64,000 bases of DNA from Candidatus Kapaibacterium sp. GTDB lineage: Bacteria > Bacteroidota > Ignavibacteria > Kapaibacteriales > UBA2268. Below are positions 1 through 9,577 of this stretch, piece by piece. Numbering within the stretch: position 1 is the first letter of the stretch; each line of letters begins with the position of its first letter. The stretch covers positions 3,392,001-3,456,000 of the forward strand of contig OY761611.1 of the NCBI GenBank assembly GCA_963664875.1. The letters are read 5' to 3'. The notes under the pieces were generated by a model. The model made no database searches, was not told the DNA's origin, and worked only from the letters and a program-made list of their open reading frames with translations. Position numbers and translations under genes: made by a program.

Positions 1-36
1 CTACTGCTATTTCATCATCTCGCACCATGCCATTAC

Positions 37-150
37 ACTTCGATACTTTACCTCGACAAAGCTCGGCATAAACTAAGCTCAGCACATCGCTCGCTTTGCT
101 CGCGGTCATCGTGCAAATAAAATGAGTCGAGATGCAGTGCCCTATTGCGT
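37..150. repeat. Mosaic REP-like repeat (reverse-orientation relative of 44972-45030, 46689-46747, 48189-48246) with extra nested hairpins
   Basis: aataaaatgagtcgagatgcagt (116-138) is the reverse complement of actgcatctcgactcattttatt at ~44972; also contains cttcga/gctcagcacatcgctc modules. Confidence 0.75.
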
Positions 151-160
151 CTCACTCTTG

Positions 161-471
161 TCGCCCTTACAGGGTTAAGGGATCAGAAGAATATTATATC
201 CATGACGATGCCATGGACTACGTTTTTGGGGCTTTCAGCCTTCTTGTTTCTGTAATATTTTGCACAATATCTGCATGAAACTTATTTATGAGGTTGTCAC
301 ATAAGTACTATTTAGATATTATTAGACAAACTTAGTGAAAAACATTAGTGTAAAAGGAGGCTGAAAGCCTCAGATATATTAGCCCGGGGCAGCGCCCCGG
401 GAAAGATAAGACATTGAAATATAGAGCCCTGTAAGGGCGACCAGTTTGAGACGCAATCATTGCGTCTCTAC
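161..471. repeat. Back-to-back pair of tnpA-end-like palindrome clusters plus a GTAGAGACGC-type REP hairpin
   Basis: 161-242 resembles the right end and 356-441 the left end (ggctgaaagcc, cccggggcagcgccccggg, gccctgtaagggc) of the tnpA element at 60895-61537; gagacgcaatcattgcgtctctac at 448-471. Confidence 0.75.
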
Positions 472-621
472 ATTAGATTGTCTAGTGTATTGAGTAATCT
501 TCAAGTTAATATAGATTATTTTGACTTATGCGTCAGTCTCTATGTTTTGAAAATAGACTTCTGAGACGTAAAGTAATGAGACTCATCAAAGCTACTATTT
601 CCTTTAAATAGAGGAGTACTT

Positions 622-1608
622 CTACTTCTTCTTTAGTTTTTGTACAGCACGTTTTTTTATCATTCCGCCCTTTGTATCTCTTATACTGTTCATAATTACG
701 AAAGCATGCGGGTCAATTTTATCTAACTCTGTTTGCAGTTTGGCAATCTCGAGCCTTGTTACCACAGTGTAAAGTATATCCTGTTTTGCAGTTCTTTCTC
801 CTTCAGGAGTAAAGCCTCGAGAGCCATGGTAAATTGTAACTCCATGACCAAGAGTATTTGTCAGCATTTTCCTTACTTCTTCTGTTTGATGCGAGATAAT
901 GCTGATTCCCGTGTATTCTTCGATACCTTCTATTACAAAATCTACAGTTTTGGAGGCTGCCATGTAAGTCAAAATAGCGTATAATGCTATTTCAATAGAT
1001 AGTATGTAAGCTCCGACAGAAAATATCATAATATTGAATATCAAAATAATATCGCCAACGGTCAGCCTAAGCCGCTTACTTAAAAATATTGCGAGTATCT
1101 CAGTGCCGTCGAGCACCGCACCTCCTCTGATGGCAAGGCCTATGCCGGCTCCAAGGAAAAAACCTCCAAATGCGGCTACTAAAAGTTTGTCATTAGTAAT
1201 TGGAGGATAAGGTACAAAATGTACCGCGAGAGCTAAACCGATAATAGCCAACAGCGATTTAATAACGAAGCTTTGACCAATCTGAGAGTAACCCATAATC
1301 AAAAATGGCAGATTGATAACAATTAAAAGTACAGATAGACCAACACCGGATACTTCCGACGTTAGTAGGGATATACCTGTTACGCCGCCATCAATAAAGC
1401 CGTTGGGAAGTAAAAAACTACTTAAGCCAAATCCGGCAGAGGCTACTCCGAGCATTATAAATAAATATTCTTTTATTTTATGGATATACTCTATTACTGT
1501 ATCTCTGAATATATCATCAAAACTATAGTCCGATTGAGCACTATAGCCCCGCTCTTTGATTATTTGTTTTACTTTTTTCGAAATAATAAATTGAAAAAAT
1601 GGGTTCAT
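622..1608 (-). CDS. YitT family membrane protein (DUF161/DUF2179)
   Basis: Motifs DGGVTGISLL, INLPF, GGAVLDGTEILA; C-terminal DPHAFVI..G; multiple TM helices. Confidence 0.85.
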   Translation of the reverse strand: MNPFFQFIISKKVKQIIKERGYSAQSDYSFDDIFRDTVIEYIHKIKEYLFIMLGVASAGFGLSSFLLPNGFIDGGVTGISLLTSEVSGVGLSVLLIVINLPFLIMGYSQIGQSFVIKSLLAIIGLALAVHFVPYPPITNDKLLVAAFGGFFLGAGIGLAIRGGAVLDGTEILAIFLSKRLRLTVGDIILIFNIMIFSVGAYILSIEIALYAILTYMAASKTVDFVIEGIEEYTGISIISHQTEEVRKMLTNTLGHGVTIYHGSRGFTPEGERTAKQDILYTVVTRLEIAKLQTELDKIDPHAFVIMNSIRDTKGGMIKKRAVQKLKKK

Positions 1609-1725
1609 TGCTGGCTCGTCTATATAATATGATAATAATAAATATAACGATTTTTGTTATATTTTCCTTTCTATACAGACTGATTTATTTTACGCTAGTC
1701 TCAGGCAGACTTAATTGGAGAAAAA

Positions 1726-2772
1726 ATGATATACAGACCGAATGTAATCAGAGAAAAACTAAATTTGAAGCGTTCTGTTTATCCGCTTTTTGTGTTATTG
1801 GCTGTTGTTATTGGTGGCACTTATGGGTATATGCTTTTGGGGGCTGACCAAAACACTACTTTTATTGACGGATTATACATGACTTGGATTACAATAGCGA
1901 CAATCGGATATTCTGAAGTTATAGAGTTAGATGCAAGCGGACGTGTTTTTACCATGATAGTTGGAGCACTTGGCATCGGCAGCTTATTTTATATTTTAGG
2001 CGTTTTTATGGAAAATCTTGTCGCAGTACAGTTGTTGAACCTAAGAGGAAATAAAAAGGTGAAAAAAAAGATTGACGAAATGAATAATCACATTATAGTA
2101 GTCGGATTGGGAAGAGTGGGTAATCTGACTGCTTCGGAATTGAAATCAAAGGGAATAGATTGCGTTGTTGTCAGCAATAAATTCGAAGAAAAAGAGAAAT
2201 CTATACTTAATGAGCATGTGTTAGCAATAGAGGGTGATGCCACAGAAGATGAGATATTACAAGCTGCCGGAATCAAAAGAGCGAAAGGTATTATAATTAC
2301 TACAGCCAATGCAGCGACTACTCTATTTGTGGTATTGAGTGCAAAAGAATTAAATCCAAATATTTTTGTTGTAGCTCGAGCCGACGAAGACAGTACAATA
2401 AATAAATTGAAACGTGCAGGTGCAGACCGAGTAGTCAATCCATACTCCACCGGTGGCCAGCGACTTGCCAATTTTGTAATCAAGCCACATGTTGTAGATT
2501 TTTTCGAATCGAGCTTTGGCTATGGGGAGTATGATTTGACTTTAGAATCTATCGACTTGCCCGATCATTGCAAGTGGTTCAATAAGTCCCTTAAAGAGTT
2601 AAATCTTAGAGTAGTAGCCGGAGCAAGTGTTTTAGCAGTCATTCGTGAAGGAAAGCCAATACTTAATCCGGGTGCAAATTTTGTTTTCCTCAAAAATGAT
2701 AAATTACTTGCATTTGGGACTCAATCTCAGTTGAAAAAATTAGAAGACTATATGACAATTGAGGAATATTAG
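1726..2772 (+). CDS. Two-TM potassium channel protein with RCK (TrkA-N/TrkA-C) domains
   Basis: Pore loop TIATIGYSE; Rossmann motif VVGLGRVG; GDAT, AGI..A, AGADRVVNP motifs. Confidence 0.9.
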   Translation: MIYRPNVIREKLNLKRSVYPLFVLLAVVIGGTYGYMLLGADQNTTFIDGLYMTWITIATIGYSEVIELDASGRVFTMIVGALGIGSLFYILGVFMENLVAVQLLNLRGNKKVKKKIDEMNNHIIVVGLGRVGNLTASELKSKGIDCVVVSNKFEEKEKSILNEHVLAIEGDATEDEILQAAGIKRAKGIIITTANAATTLFVVLSAKELNPNIFVVARADEDSTINKLKRAGADRVVNPYSTGGQRLANFVIKPHVVDFFESSFGYGEYDLTLESIDLPDHCKWFNKSLKELNLRVVAGASVLAVIREGKPILNPGANFVFLKNDKLLAFGTQSQLKKLEDYMTIEEY

Positions 2773-3300
2773 AATGCTATATATCATAAAAATTACATTG
2801 CTCTAAGCGAATGTGAATTTCTAAATGAATAATATGGCTTACAAAATATACAAAATTATAATAATCAGGAAACAATATAGTCTTGGCTAATATTTTCTAG
2901 TGAATCAAACCATCAATTCATATATATATCTTTATGTGTAAGTTGTTGTAAATTAGGAGCATACAAATATATATCCGATGTTAACCACTTACAATTGGCA
3001 ATATTAGCTTTCGTTTGTAGCATCTACCACAAGAAGAGCATTAAAAGATTAAATAGTCTTATTATATTCTGAAAAAATACAATTCTGTAACAATAATGTT
3101 GCACAATTTCTTCAAACGAATTCTTAATAATTCTTTCCTATTTGTTTGCCATTTTAAAATGGCAATCCCAAGACGCGGAAGAAAATACCTCCATAACACC
3201 TAATGTCAATAAAAATCAGATGCTTAGAAATACTTCCTGAGAGTTGAAGCATAGATATTTTTTTGCTGGAATTTCAAAGATATTATTTATATCGAGATTT

Positions 3301-3613
3301 GTCATTAGAACTCAAAAAATACTTAAATACGGAATCATTGAAGAGGTCGTCTCCTAATCAATTTAAGATATTTATAATTCAACAACTACACTTCGGCAAG
3401 CTCAGCACAACGCTTCCCAAGAAGTGGAATTGAAAGCGGCATAAGTTCTTATAACTGCTTTTATATGAAAGAATTAAAAATTCCCCTCTTGAGGGGTGGC
3501 ATGCGAAGCATGACGGTGTGGAAAAATGAATCTACATTTATACAATGCACATTTTGGCTTCTGAGACAGCCTCCCAATAAGCAAGATACTGACTTGAATA
3601 GGTTTCTAATGAT
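3301..3613. mobile_element. Nested MITE-like composite element, copy A
   Basis: Outer IR gtcattagaa...ttctaatgat; inner IR gaagaggtcgtctc...gagacagcctcccaata; REP cargo (cttcggcaagctcagc, tcccctcttgaggggtgg). Same IR shell at 28281-28613. Confidence 0.6.
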
Positions 3614-4003
3614 ATTTCGGGCTAAAGAAATTTACTACCTTAATATATAATATCACGACCTAACATATTGGAATCTCATGCCGGCTCTCTTAGGAAAAGC
3701 TGATTGTAAAAATTAGCATTGCCTAAGTCTTCAAAAAATCTTTACTCTTGATATTAATATTTAGTAATTGCAGATTGCTGCTATTGTACAATAAAATCAC
3801 TCTCGCTATTTTCCGGACGTGTTCTAAAATTAACTGTTTCCCATATTTGTTTGTTTTAGAGCTTGTGTGTGAAATCCGGAATATTTATTTCAAGTGCGGG
3901 AGTTATTCCCATAGTAATTCCCGCACTGATATTCCAAAAAGGTATTTCCAAAATAGAAATTGAAAATTATTTGAATAGATTTTTGCTATCTGAGGAGAAT
4001 GTT

Positions 4004-4549
4004 ATGTCAGAAGTCCAAAAATGTTGCAACTGTCAGCACGAACAAACCGAAGAAGAATTATTAGTGATTCTTGAGGATGTTCTAAATGACTATAAAGACA
4101 AACCGGGAGCGTTAATCCCTGTTTTGCAAATAGCTCAAAATATGTTCGGCTACTTGCCGGAAGCAGCTCTTAAAAAAATTGCTTTAAAAATGGAAAAACC
4201 ATACAGCGAGGTTGCAGGTGTGGTAAGTTTCTATTCTTTCTTTTCTACAGTGCCTCGCGGTAAATATGTGATTCGCATTTGTCTTGGTACAGCTTGCTAC
4301 GTACGTGGCGGAAAAGATGTCTTAGATGCATTTAAAACCAAATTGAAAATTGATGTAGGCGGAACTACCGATGACCGCTTGTTTTCTCTCGATGTCGGAA
4401 GATGCTTTGGTGCATGCGGTTTAGCACCGGTTATAATGGTTAACGACGAAACATTCGAAAGAGTAAAACCGGACAGAATAGAACAAATAATCGGCATATT
4501 CCAGAAGAAAGAGCAGGAAGAAAACATCGAGGAGAACGTAAATGGCTAA
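4004..4549 (+). CDS. hydC: [FeFe]-hydrogenase HydC/NuoE-like [2Fe-2S] subunit
   Basis: CLGTACYVRG...CFGACGLAP [2Fe-2S] motifs; ATG at 4004 preceded by GAGGAG, preferred to the 3863 start. Confidence 0.9.
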   Translation: MSEVQKCCNCQHEQTEEELLVILEDVLNDYKDKPGALIPVLQIAQNMFGYLPEAALKKIALKMEKPYSEVAGVVSFYSFFSTVPRGKYVIRICLGTACYVRGGKDVLDAFKTKLKIDVGGTTDDRLFSLDVGRCFGACGLAPVIMVNDETFERVKPDRIEQIIGIFQKKEQEENIEENVNG

Positions 4550-7500
4550 TATAAATTTCAAATCAGCTCAGGATTTGCTCAAATATAGAGAGCATCTCAA
4601 ACAAGAAACTGAAAACTCTAAAATACAGAGAAGAATCTTAGTATGTACAGGCGGTGGTTGCCTTGCATCAGGTTCACAAAAAGTAAAAGATAAATTTGAA
4701 GCCATTCTTGGCGAAAAAGGCTATGATACTGTCCAGGTAAAAGGCACAGGCTGCCTTGGTCCTTGTGTCAAAGGCCCTATCGTAGTGATGGAACATGACA
4801 ACACTTTCTACCAAGATGTCAGACCTGATGATGTTGCCGAATTGATTAGTTCGCATGTAGAAAACGGCGAAATTGTAGAAAGACTGAATTGGAAAAAAGA
4901 TGCAGATATGGCTGCAATTCCAAAAATGGACGATATCGAATTTTTCAAATCACAGACTAAAATAGTTTTACGCAACTGTGGAAAAATAGATCCTGTCAGT
5001 ATAAATGACTATATCGAAATAGGTGGATATGCTGCTGTTGCAAAATCTCTTACTGAACTCACACCCGACCAGGTATTGGAAGAAATGAAAAAATCAGGTC
5101 TTCGTGGTCGTGGTGGAGCAGGTTTTCCTACTTGGATGAAATGGGGATTTGCCAAACGCAATGAGTCTGACCAAAAATATATGCTCTGTAATGCTGATGA
5201 AGGCGATCCGGGTGCATTTATGGACAGATCTGTGCTCGAAGGCGACCCTCACAGCTTAATCGAAGGTATGGTAATCGGTGCTTATTGCATCGGTGCTTCC
5301 CAAGGTTATGTATATGTACGAGCTGAGTATCCTTTAGCAGTAGAACGTTTGCAAATAGCCATCGATTCAGCTCGAGATATGGGCTTGCTTGGCAATAACA
5401 TACTTGGCTCTGATTTTTGCTTTGACTTGGAAATTAGAATGGGTTCCGGTGCATTTGTTTGCGGTGAAGAAACTGCTCTGATTGCTTCTATCGAAGGTAA
5501 AAGAGGCGAGCCTCGTCCACGTCCGCCATTTCCGGCAGATAAAGGTCTTTGGGGCAAACCAACAGTACTCAATAACGTTGAAACTTATGCCAATATTGCT
5601 GAAATCATATTAAAAGGCGGAGAGTATTTCGCTTCTTTCGGTACTGAGAAGAGTAAAGGTACAAAAGTATTTGCTCTTTCAGGGGCAATCAATAATTCAG
5701 GCCTTGTAGAAGTACCGGTAGGGACTACACTCGGCGAATTAGTGTTCGACATAGGAAATGGCATTCCTAATGGTAAAAATTACAAAGCTGCTCAGGTTGG
5801 TGGTCCTTCCGGTGGATGTGTTCCAAAAGAACATCTCAACGTGAAACTTGACTACGAATCTTTGCAGGAACTTGGTGCTATCATGGGTTCAGGTGGTCTG
5901 GTTGTAATGGACGAAGATACTTGTATGGTTGACGTTGCACGTTTCTTCCTCGAATTTTCTCAAGAGGAGTCTTGTGGTAAATGCGTGCCTTGCCGAGTTG
6001 GTACTAAACGTATGTTAGAAATATTAGAAAGAATTTGCGATGGCAAAGGCGAACCTGATGATATAGAAAAACTAATAACACTAGGTGAGCAAATCAAAGA
6101 AACTGCACTTTGCGGTCTCGGCCAAACTGCTCCAAATCCGGTGCTTTCTACAATAAGACATTTCAGACATGAGTACGAACAGCACATCCATCAGAAACAT
6201 TGCGAAGCAGGTGTTTGTCGCGGTCTTGTACGTGCCCCATGCCAATCAGCATGTCCTGCTCACGTAGATGTTCCGGGATTTGTATCGCTTGTCGGCGAGA
6301 AACGCTATGCAGAAGCATTGAGATTGCACAGAGAACGCAATCCGTTTGCAGCAGTATGCGCAAGAGTTTGTTTCCATACCTGCGAAGATAAATGCCGTAG
6401 AGCAACTTTAGATGATCCTGTTTCTATCAGAGCATTAAAACGATTTATGGTTGATCAGGAAATTACTATTCAACTTCCTGAAGTCAGAGAAAATGAAAAC
6501 AACGCAAAACGCAAAATAGCCATTATTGGTGCAGGACCAGCAGGTCTTACATGTGGCTACTTCTTGGCAAGATTGGGATACAAACCGACTGTATTTGAAG
6601 CAGAACACAGACCGGGTGGTATGTTAGTACAAACTATCCCTTCTTATAGATTGCCGAGAGAGATTCTCGCTCGTGAAATCCGTATGATTGAAAATCTTGG
6701 TGTGGATATCCAATGTGATAAAAAGCTGGGTAGAGACTTCTGGATTGAAGATTTGAGAAAAGAAGGCTACGAAGCAGTATTTATTGCAATCGGTACTCCA
6801 AAAGGTGTATGTTTGGATCTGCCGGGAGGCAATCACTCAGACGTTCACAACGCGATGGACTTCCTTAAAACATATAATCTAAGAGGCTCCGCTCCAATTA
6901 AAAACAAGATTATCATCGTTGGTGGTGGTAATGCTGCCATGGATTCAGCAAGGTCTGCTATCCGACTTGGTGCCGAAAGTGTAACAGTAGTTTACAGAAG
7001 AAGCCAAGAACAAATGCCTGCATATACCGAAGAAATCGAAGAAGCATTGCAGGAAGGCGTTAAAGTTATGGCTTTGACCAACCCTAAAGAAATAATTATC
7101 AAAGATGATAAGATTGTGGGTGTTAAATGTCAAAGCATGACGCTTGGCGATTTCGACAGCTCAGGAAGAAGAAGAGCTATCAGAAGCGAAGACGAATTCG
7201 TACTTGAGGCAGATCAGGTAATTATGGCTTGCGGTCAGGACTTTGATGATAGTTTGATACCGCAGGGAACAAGATTAGATATGATTGGCGATAAGAGTAT
7301 TGTCGTTAATCCTGTAACACAGCAAACATCAGTGCCTTGGGTATTCTCAGGTGGCGATGCAGCGGGTAATTTTGAAAGAACAGTAATCGAAGCTATTGCA
7401 GCGGGCGAAAGAGCAGCTGTTGGTATCGATGAGTTCTTGACCGGTGATAAACACGCATTCTGGAGAGAAGATTGGAAAATCGATACATACTTCGATCCTG

Positions 7501-7652
7501 ATGCCGAACCGGTACCGTACAAACGTGCAAAATTGCCTCTACTATCAGTGGACAGACGTAAAAACAACTTCCAGGAAGTTGAGCAAAACTGGAGTGAAGC
7601 TGAAACTATCCGTCAGGCTGAAAGATGCTTGCGCTGTGACTATTCTTGTTAA
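4542..7652 (+). CDS. hydB: [FeFe]-hydrogenase HydB/NuoF-like FMN subunit fused to a C-terminal GltD/NfnB-like FAD/NADP(H) oxidoreductase
   Basis: GLRGRGGAGFP, NADEGDPGAFMDR, GAFVCGEET, CGKCVPCRVG; then APCQSACP, CARVCFHTCEDKC, GAGPAG, GGGNAAMD, VYRR, ERCLRC. Confidence 0.9.
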   Translation: MANINFKSAQDLLKYREHLKQETENSKIQRRILVCTGGGCLASGSQKVKDKFEAILGEKGYDTVQVKGTGCLGPCVKGPIVVMEHDNTFYQDVRPDDVAELISSHVENGEIVERLNWKKDADMAAIPKMDDIEFFKSQTKIVLRNCGKIDPVSINDYIEIGGYAAVAKSLTELTPDQVLEEMKKSGLRGRGGAGFPTWMKWGFAKRNESDQKYMLCNADEGDPGAFMDRSVLEGDPHSLIEGMVIGAYCIGASQGYVYVRAEYPLAVERLQIAIDSARDMGLLGNNILGSDFCFDLEIRMGSGAFVCGEETALIASIEGKRGEPRPRPPFPADKGLWGKPTVLNNVETYANIAEIILKGGEYFASFGTEKSKGTKVFALSGAINNSGLVEVPVGTTLGELVFDIGNGIPNGKNYKAAQVGGPSGGCVPKEHLNVKLDYESLQELGAIMGSGGLVVMDEDTCMVDVARFFLEFSQEESCGKCVPCRVGTKRMLEILERICDGKGEPDDIEKLITLGEQIKETALCGLGQTAPNPVLSTIRHFRHEYEQHIHQKHCEAGVCRGLVRAPCQSACPAHVDVPGFVSLVGEKRYAEALRLHRERNPFAAVCARVCFHTCEDKCRRATLDDPVSIRALKRFMVDQEITIQLPEVRENENNAKRKIAIIGAGPAGLTCGYFLARLGYKPTVFEAEHRPGGMLVQTIPSYRLPREILAREIRMIENLGVDIQCDKKLGRDFWIEDLRKEGYEAVFIAIGTPKGVCLDLPGGNHSDVHNAMDFLKTYNLRGSAPIKNKIIIVGGGNAAMDSARSAIRLGAESVTVVYRRSQEQMPAYTEEIEEALQEGVKVMALTNPKEIIIKDDKIVGVKCQSMTLGDFDSSGRRRAIRSEDEFVLEADQVIMACGQDFDDSLIPQGTRLDMIGDKSIVVNPVTQQTSVPWVFSGGDAAGNFERTVIEAIAAGERAAVGIDEFLTGDKHAFWREDWKIDTYFDPDAEPVPYKRAKLPLLSVDRRKNNFQEVEQNWSEAETIRQAERCLRCDYSC

Positions 7653-7676
7653 TCAGAAAATCGGAGTTTAAATATA

Positions 7677-9446
7677 ATGGTAAAAGTATATATAAATAAT
7701 CAAGAAGTACAGGTGCCTGAGGGCACCCTTGTACTCGACGCAGCCAAAAAAGCAGGAGTTAAAATTCCTACTTTGTGTCACATGCCGGGTATGGAACCCA
7801 AAGGAGCATGTCGCGTATGTCTGGTAGAAGTAGAAGGTGCACGTTCGCTTGCTGCTTCATGCTCAATGCCTGTTTTTGAAGGCATGAAAGTCTTTACTAA
7901 TAACAAACACGTTAGAGAAGCAAGAAGGACTGTAGTAGAACTCTTACTGTCTGAACATGACGGCGAATGTACAACTTGCGACAGAAATGACGACTGCGAA
8001 TTGCAAACTATCGCCAGAGAAATGGGCATAAAAGAGATTAGATACCAAGGTCAAAAATCTTCAAAACAGATGGACACTACTACACCTGCTCTAACAAGAG
8101 ACAATGGTAAATGTATCAAATGCAGAAGATGCGTCGATGTTTGTAACCAAATCCAATCCGTGGGTGCATTATTCCCTCAGGGTAGAGGTTTCGATACAGT
8201 TGTTGGTCCTGCTTTTGCAACTAACTTAGAAGACGTAGCTTGCGTTCAGTGCGGTCAATGTGCGGCTGTTTGCCCTGTTGGAGCAATTACTGAAACAAGT
8301 CATATAAATGAAGTATGGAATGTACTTGATGATCCTAATAAAACTGTTATAGTTCAAACTGCACCTGCTATCAGAGCTGCTCTTGGCGAGTGTTTCGGTT
8401 ACGAACCGGGCACATTAGTAACAGGTAAAATGGTTGCTGCACTTCGCCAGTTAGGCTTTGACAAAGTGTTTGACACTAACTTTACAGCAGATTTGACAAT
8501 TATGGAAGAAGGTACAGAGCTTCTGACTCGTTTGAAAAAGCAATTAGTAGATGGCGAAAATGCACATCTTCCTATGTTTACAAGCTGCTCTCCGGGTTGG
8601 ATTAAGTTCGCTGAGTACTACTATCCTGATTATTTGAATAATCTTTCTACTTGTAAATCACCTCAGCAGATGTTTGGTGCTTTAGCTAAAACATACTTTA
8701 GAGAAAGCATAGCAAAAGATTTGGAAGAAGTGGTAGTTGTTTCTGTTATGCCTTGTACTGCTAAGAAATTTGAGTCTCAACGACCTGAAATGGACGATAG
8801 CGGTATTCGCGATGTAGATTATGTATTGACAACACGCGAATTAGCAAAAATGATAGAAATGGCAGGTATCAATTTCAAAGAATTACCTGAAGAAAGAATG
8901 GACAGCCCATTCCCTGAATCATCCGGTGCAGCAGATATTTTTGCAAATTCCGGTGGTGTTATGGAAGCGGCTCTTCGTACTGCTTACGAATTAGTAACCG
9001 GCAGAGAAGTACCATTTGACAATTTGCACGTTACTCCTGTAATGGGATTAGAAGGCGTGAAACGTGCTTCTTTGAAAGTAGAAAATGTTAAGCCTGAATG
9101 GTCATTCCTTGAAGGCGTAGAATTGAAAATAGCCGTAGCGAACGGTCTTGCTAATACTCGAAAAGTCTTTGATTTATTGAAAAGCGGAGAAGAAATCCAT
9201 TTTGTAGAAATCATGACTTGTCCTGGCGGATGTATCGGTGGTGGCGGACAGCCACGTTACACAGATGATTCAGTAAGATTGAAACGCATAGAAGCAATCT
9301 ACAAAGAAGATGAAGGCAAAGAGCTAAGAAAATCACACGAGAATCCATTTATCGAAAAGATTTATGCTGAATTCTTAGAACAGCCTTTATCTCATAAATC
9401 ACACGAATTATTACACACTCACTATTGCAAACGTGAGATAGTATAG
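7677..9446 (+). CDS. hydA: [FeFe]-hydrogenase catalytic subunit (group A, multimeric)
   Basis: H-cluster motifs TSCSPGW, MPCTAKKFE, EIMTCPGGCIGGGGQP; N-terminal 2Fe-2S, His-ligated 4Fe-4S and 2x4Fe-4S motifs. Confidence 0.95.
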   Translation: MVKVYINNQEVQVPEGTLVLDAAKKAGVKIPTLCHMPGMEPKGACRVCLVEVEGARSLAASCSMPVFEGMKVFTNNKHVREARRTVVELLLSEHDGECTTCDRNDDCELQTIAREMGIKEIRYQGQKSSKQMDTTTPALTRDNGKCIKCRRCVDVCNQIQSVGALFPQGRGFDTVVGPAFATNLEDVACVQCGQCAAVCPVGAITETSHINEVWNVLDDPNKTVIVQTAPAIRAALGECFGYEPGTLVTGKMVAALRQLGFDKVFDTNFTADLTIMEEGTELLTRLKKQLVDGENAHLPMFTSCSPGWIKFAEYYYPDYLNNLSTCKSPQQMFGALAKTYFRESIAKDLEEVVVVSVMPCTAKKFESQRPEMDDSGIRDVDYVLTTRELAKMIEMAGINFKELPEERMDSPFPESSGAADIFANSGGVMEAALRTAYELVTGREVPFDNLHVTPVMGLEGVKRASLKVENVKPEWSFLEGVELKIAVANGLANTRKVFDLLKSGEEIHFVEIMTCPGGCIGGGGQPRYTDDSVRLKRIEAIYKEDEGKELRKSHENPFIEKIYAEFLEQPLSHKSHELLHTHYCKREIV

Positions 9447-9477
9447 AAAATTCCCTTATATAGTTCACATTGCACCA

Positions 9478-9514
9478 ATCCGGTGTGGGTATTTCGCCTG
9501 CATCGGATTTTTTT
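9478..9514 (+). terminator. Rho-independent terminator of the hyd operon
   Basis: atccggtgtggg-tatttc-gcctgcatcggat hairpin followed by a T run. Confidence 0.7.
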
Positions 9515-9577
9515 GTGTAACCTTTTTATGATGTGAGTGTCTATGAATATATATGTATAACTAATCTAATAAAACTT

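Noticed and set aside
3700-3990. Rex/FNR operator upstream of the hyd operon
   Set aside because: Best candidates (e.g. ttgtacaataaaatcact) fit the consensus spacing poorly in AT-rich DNA
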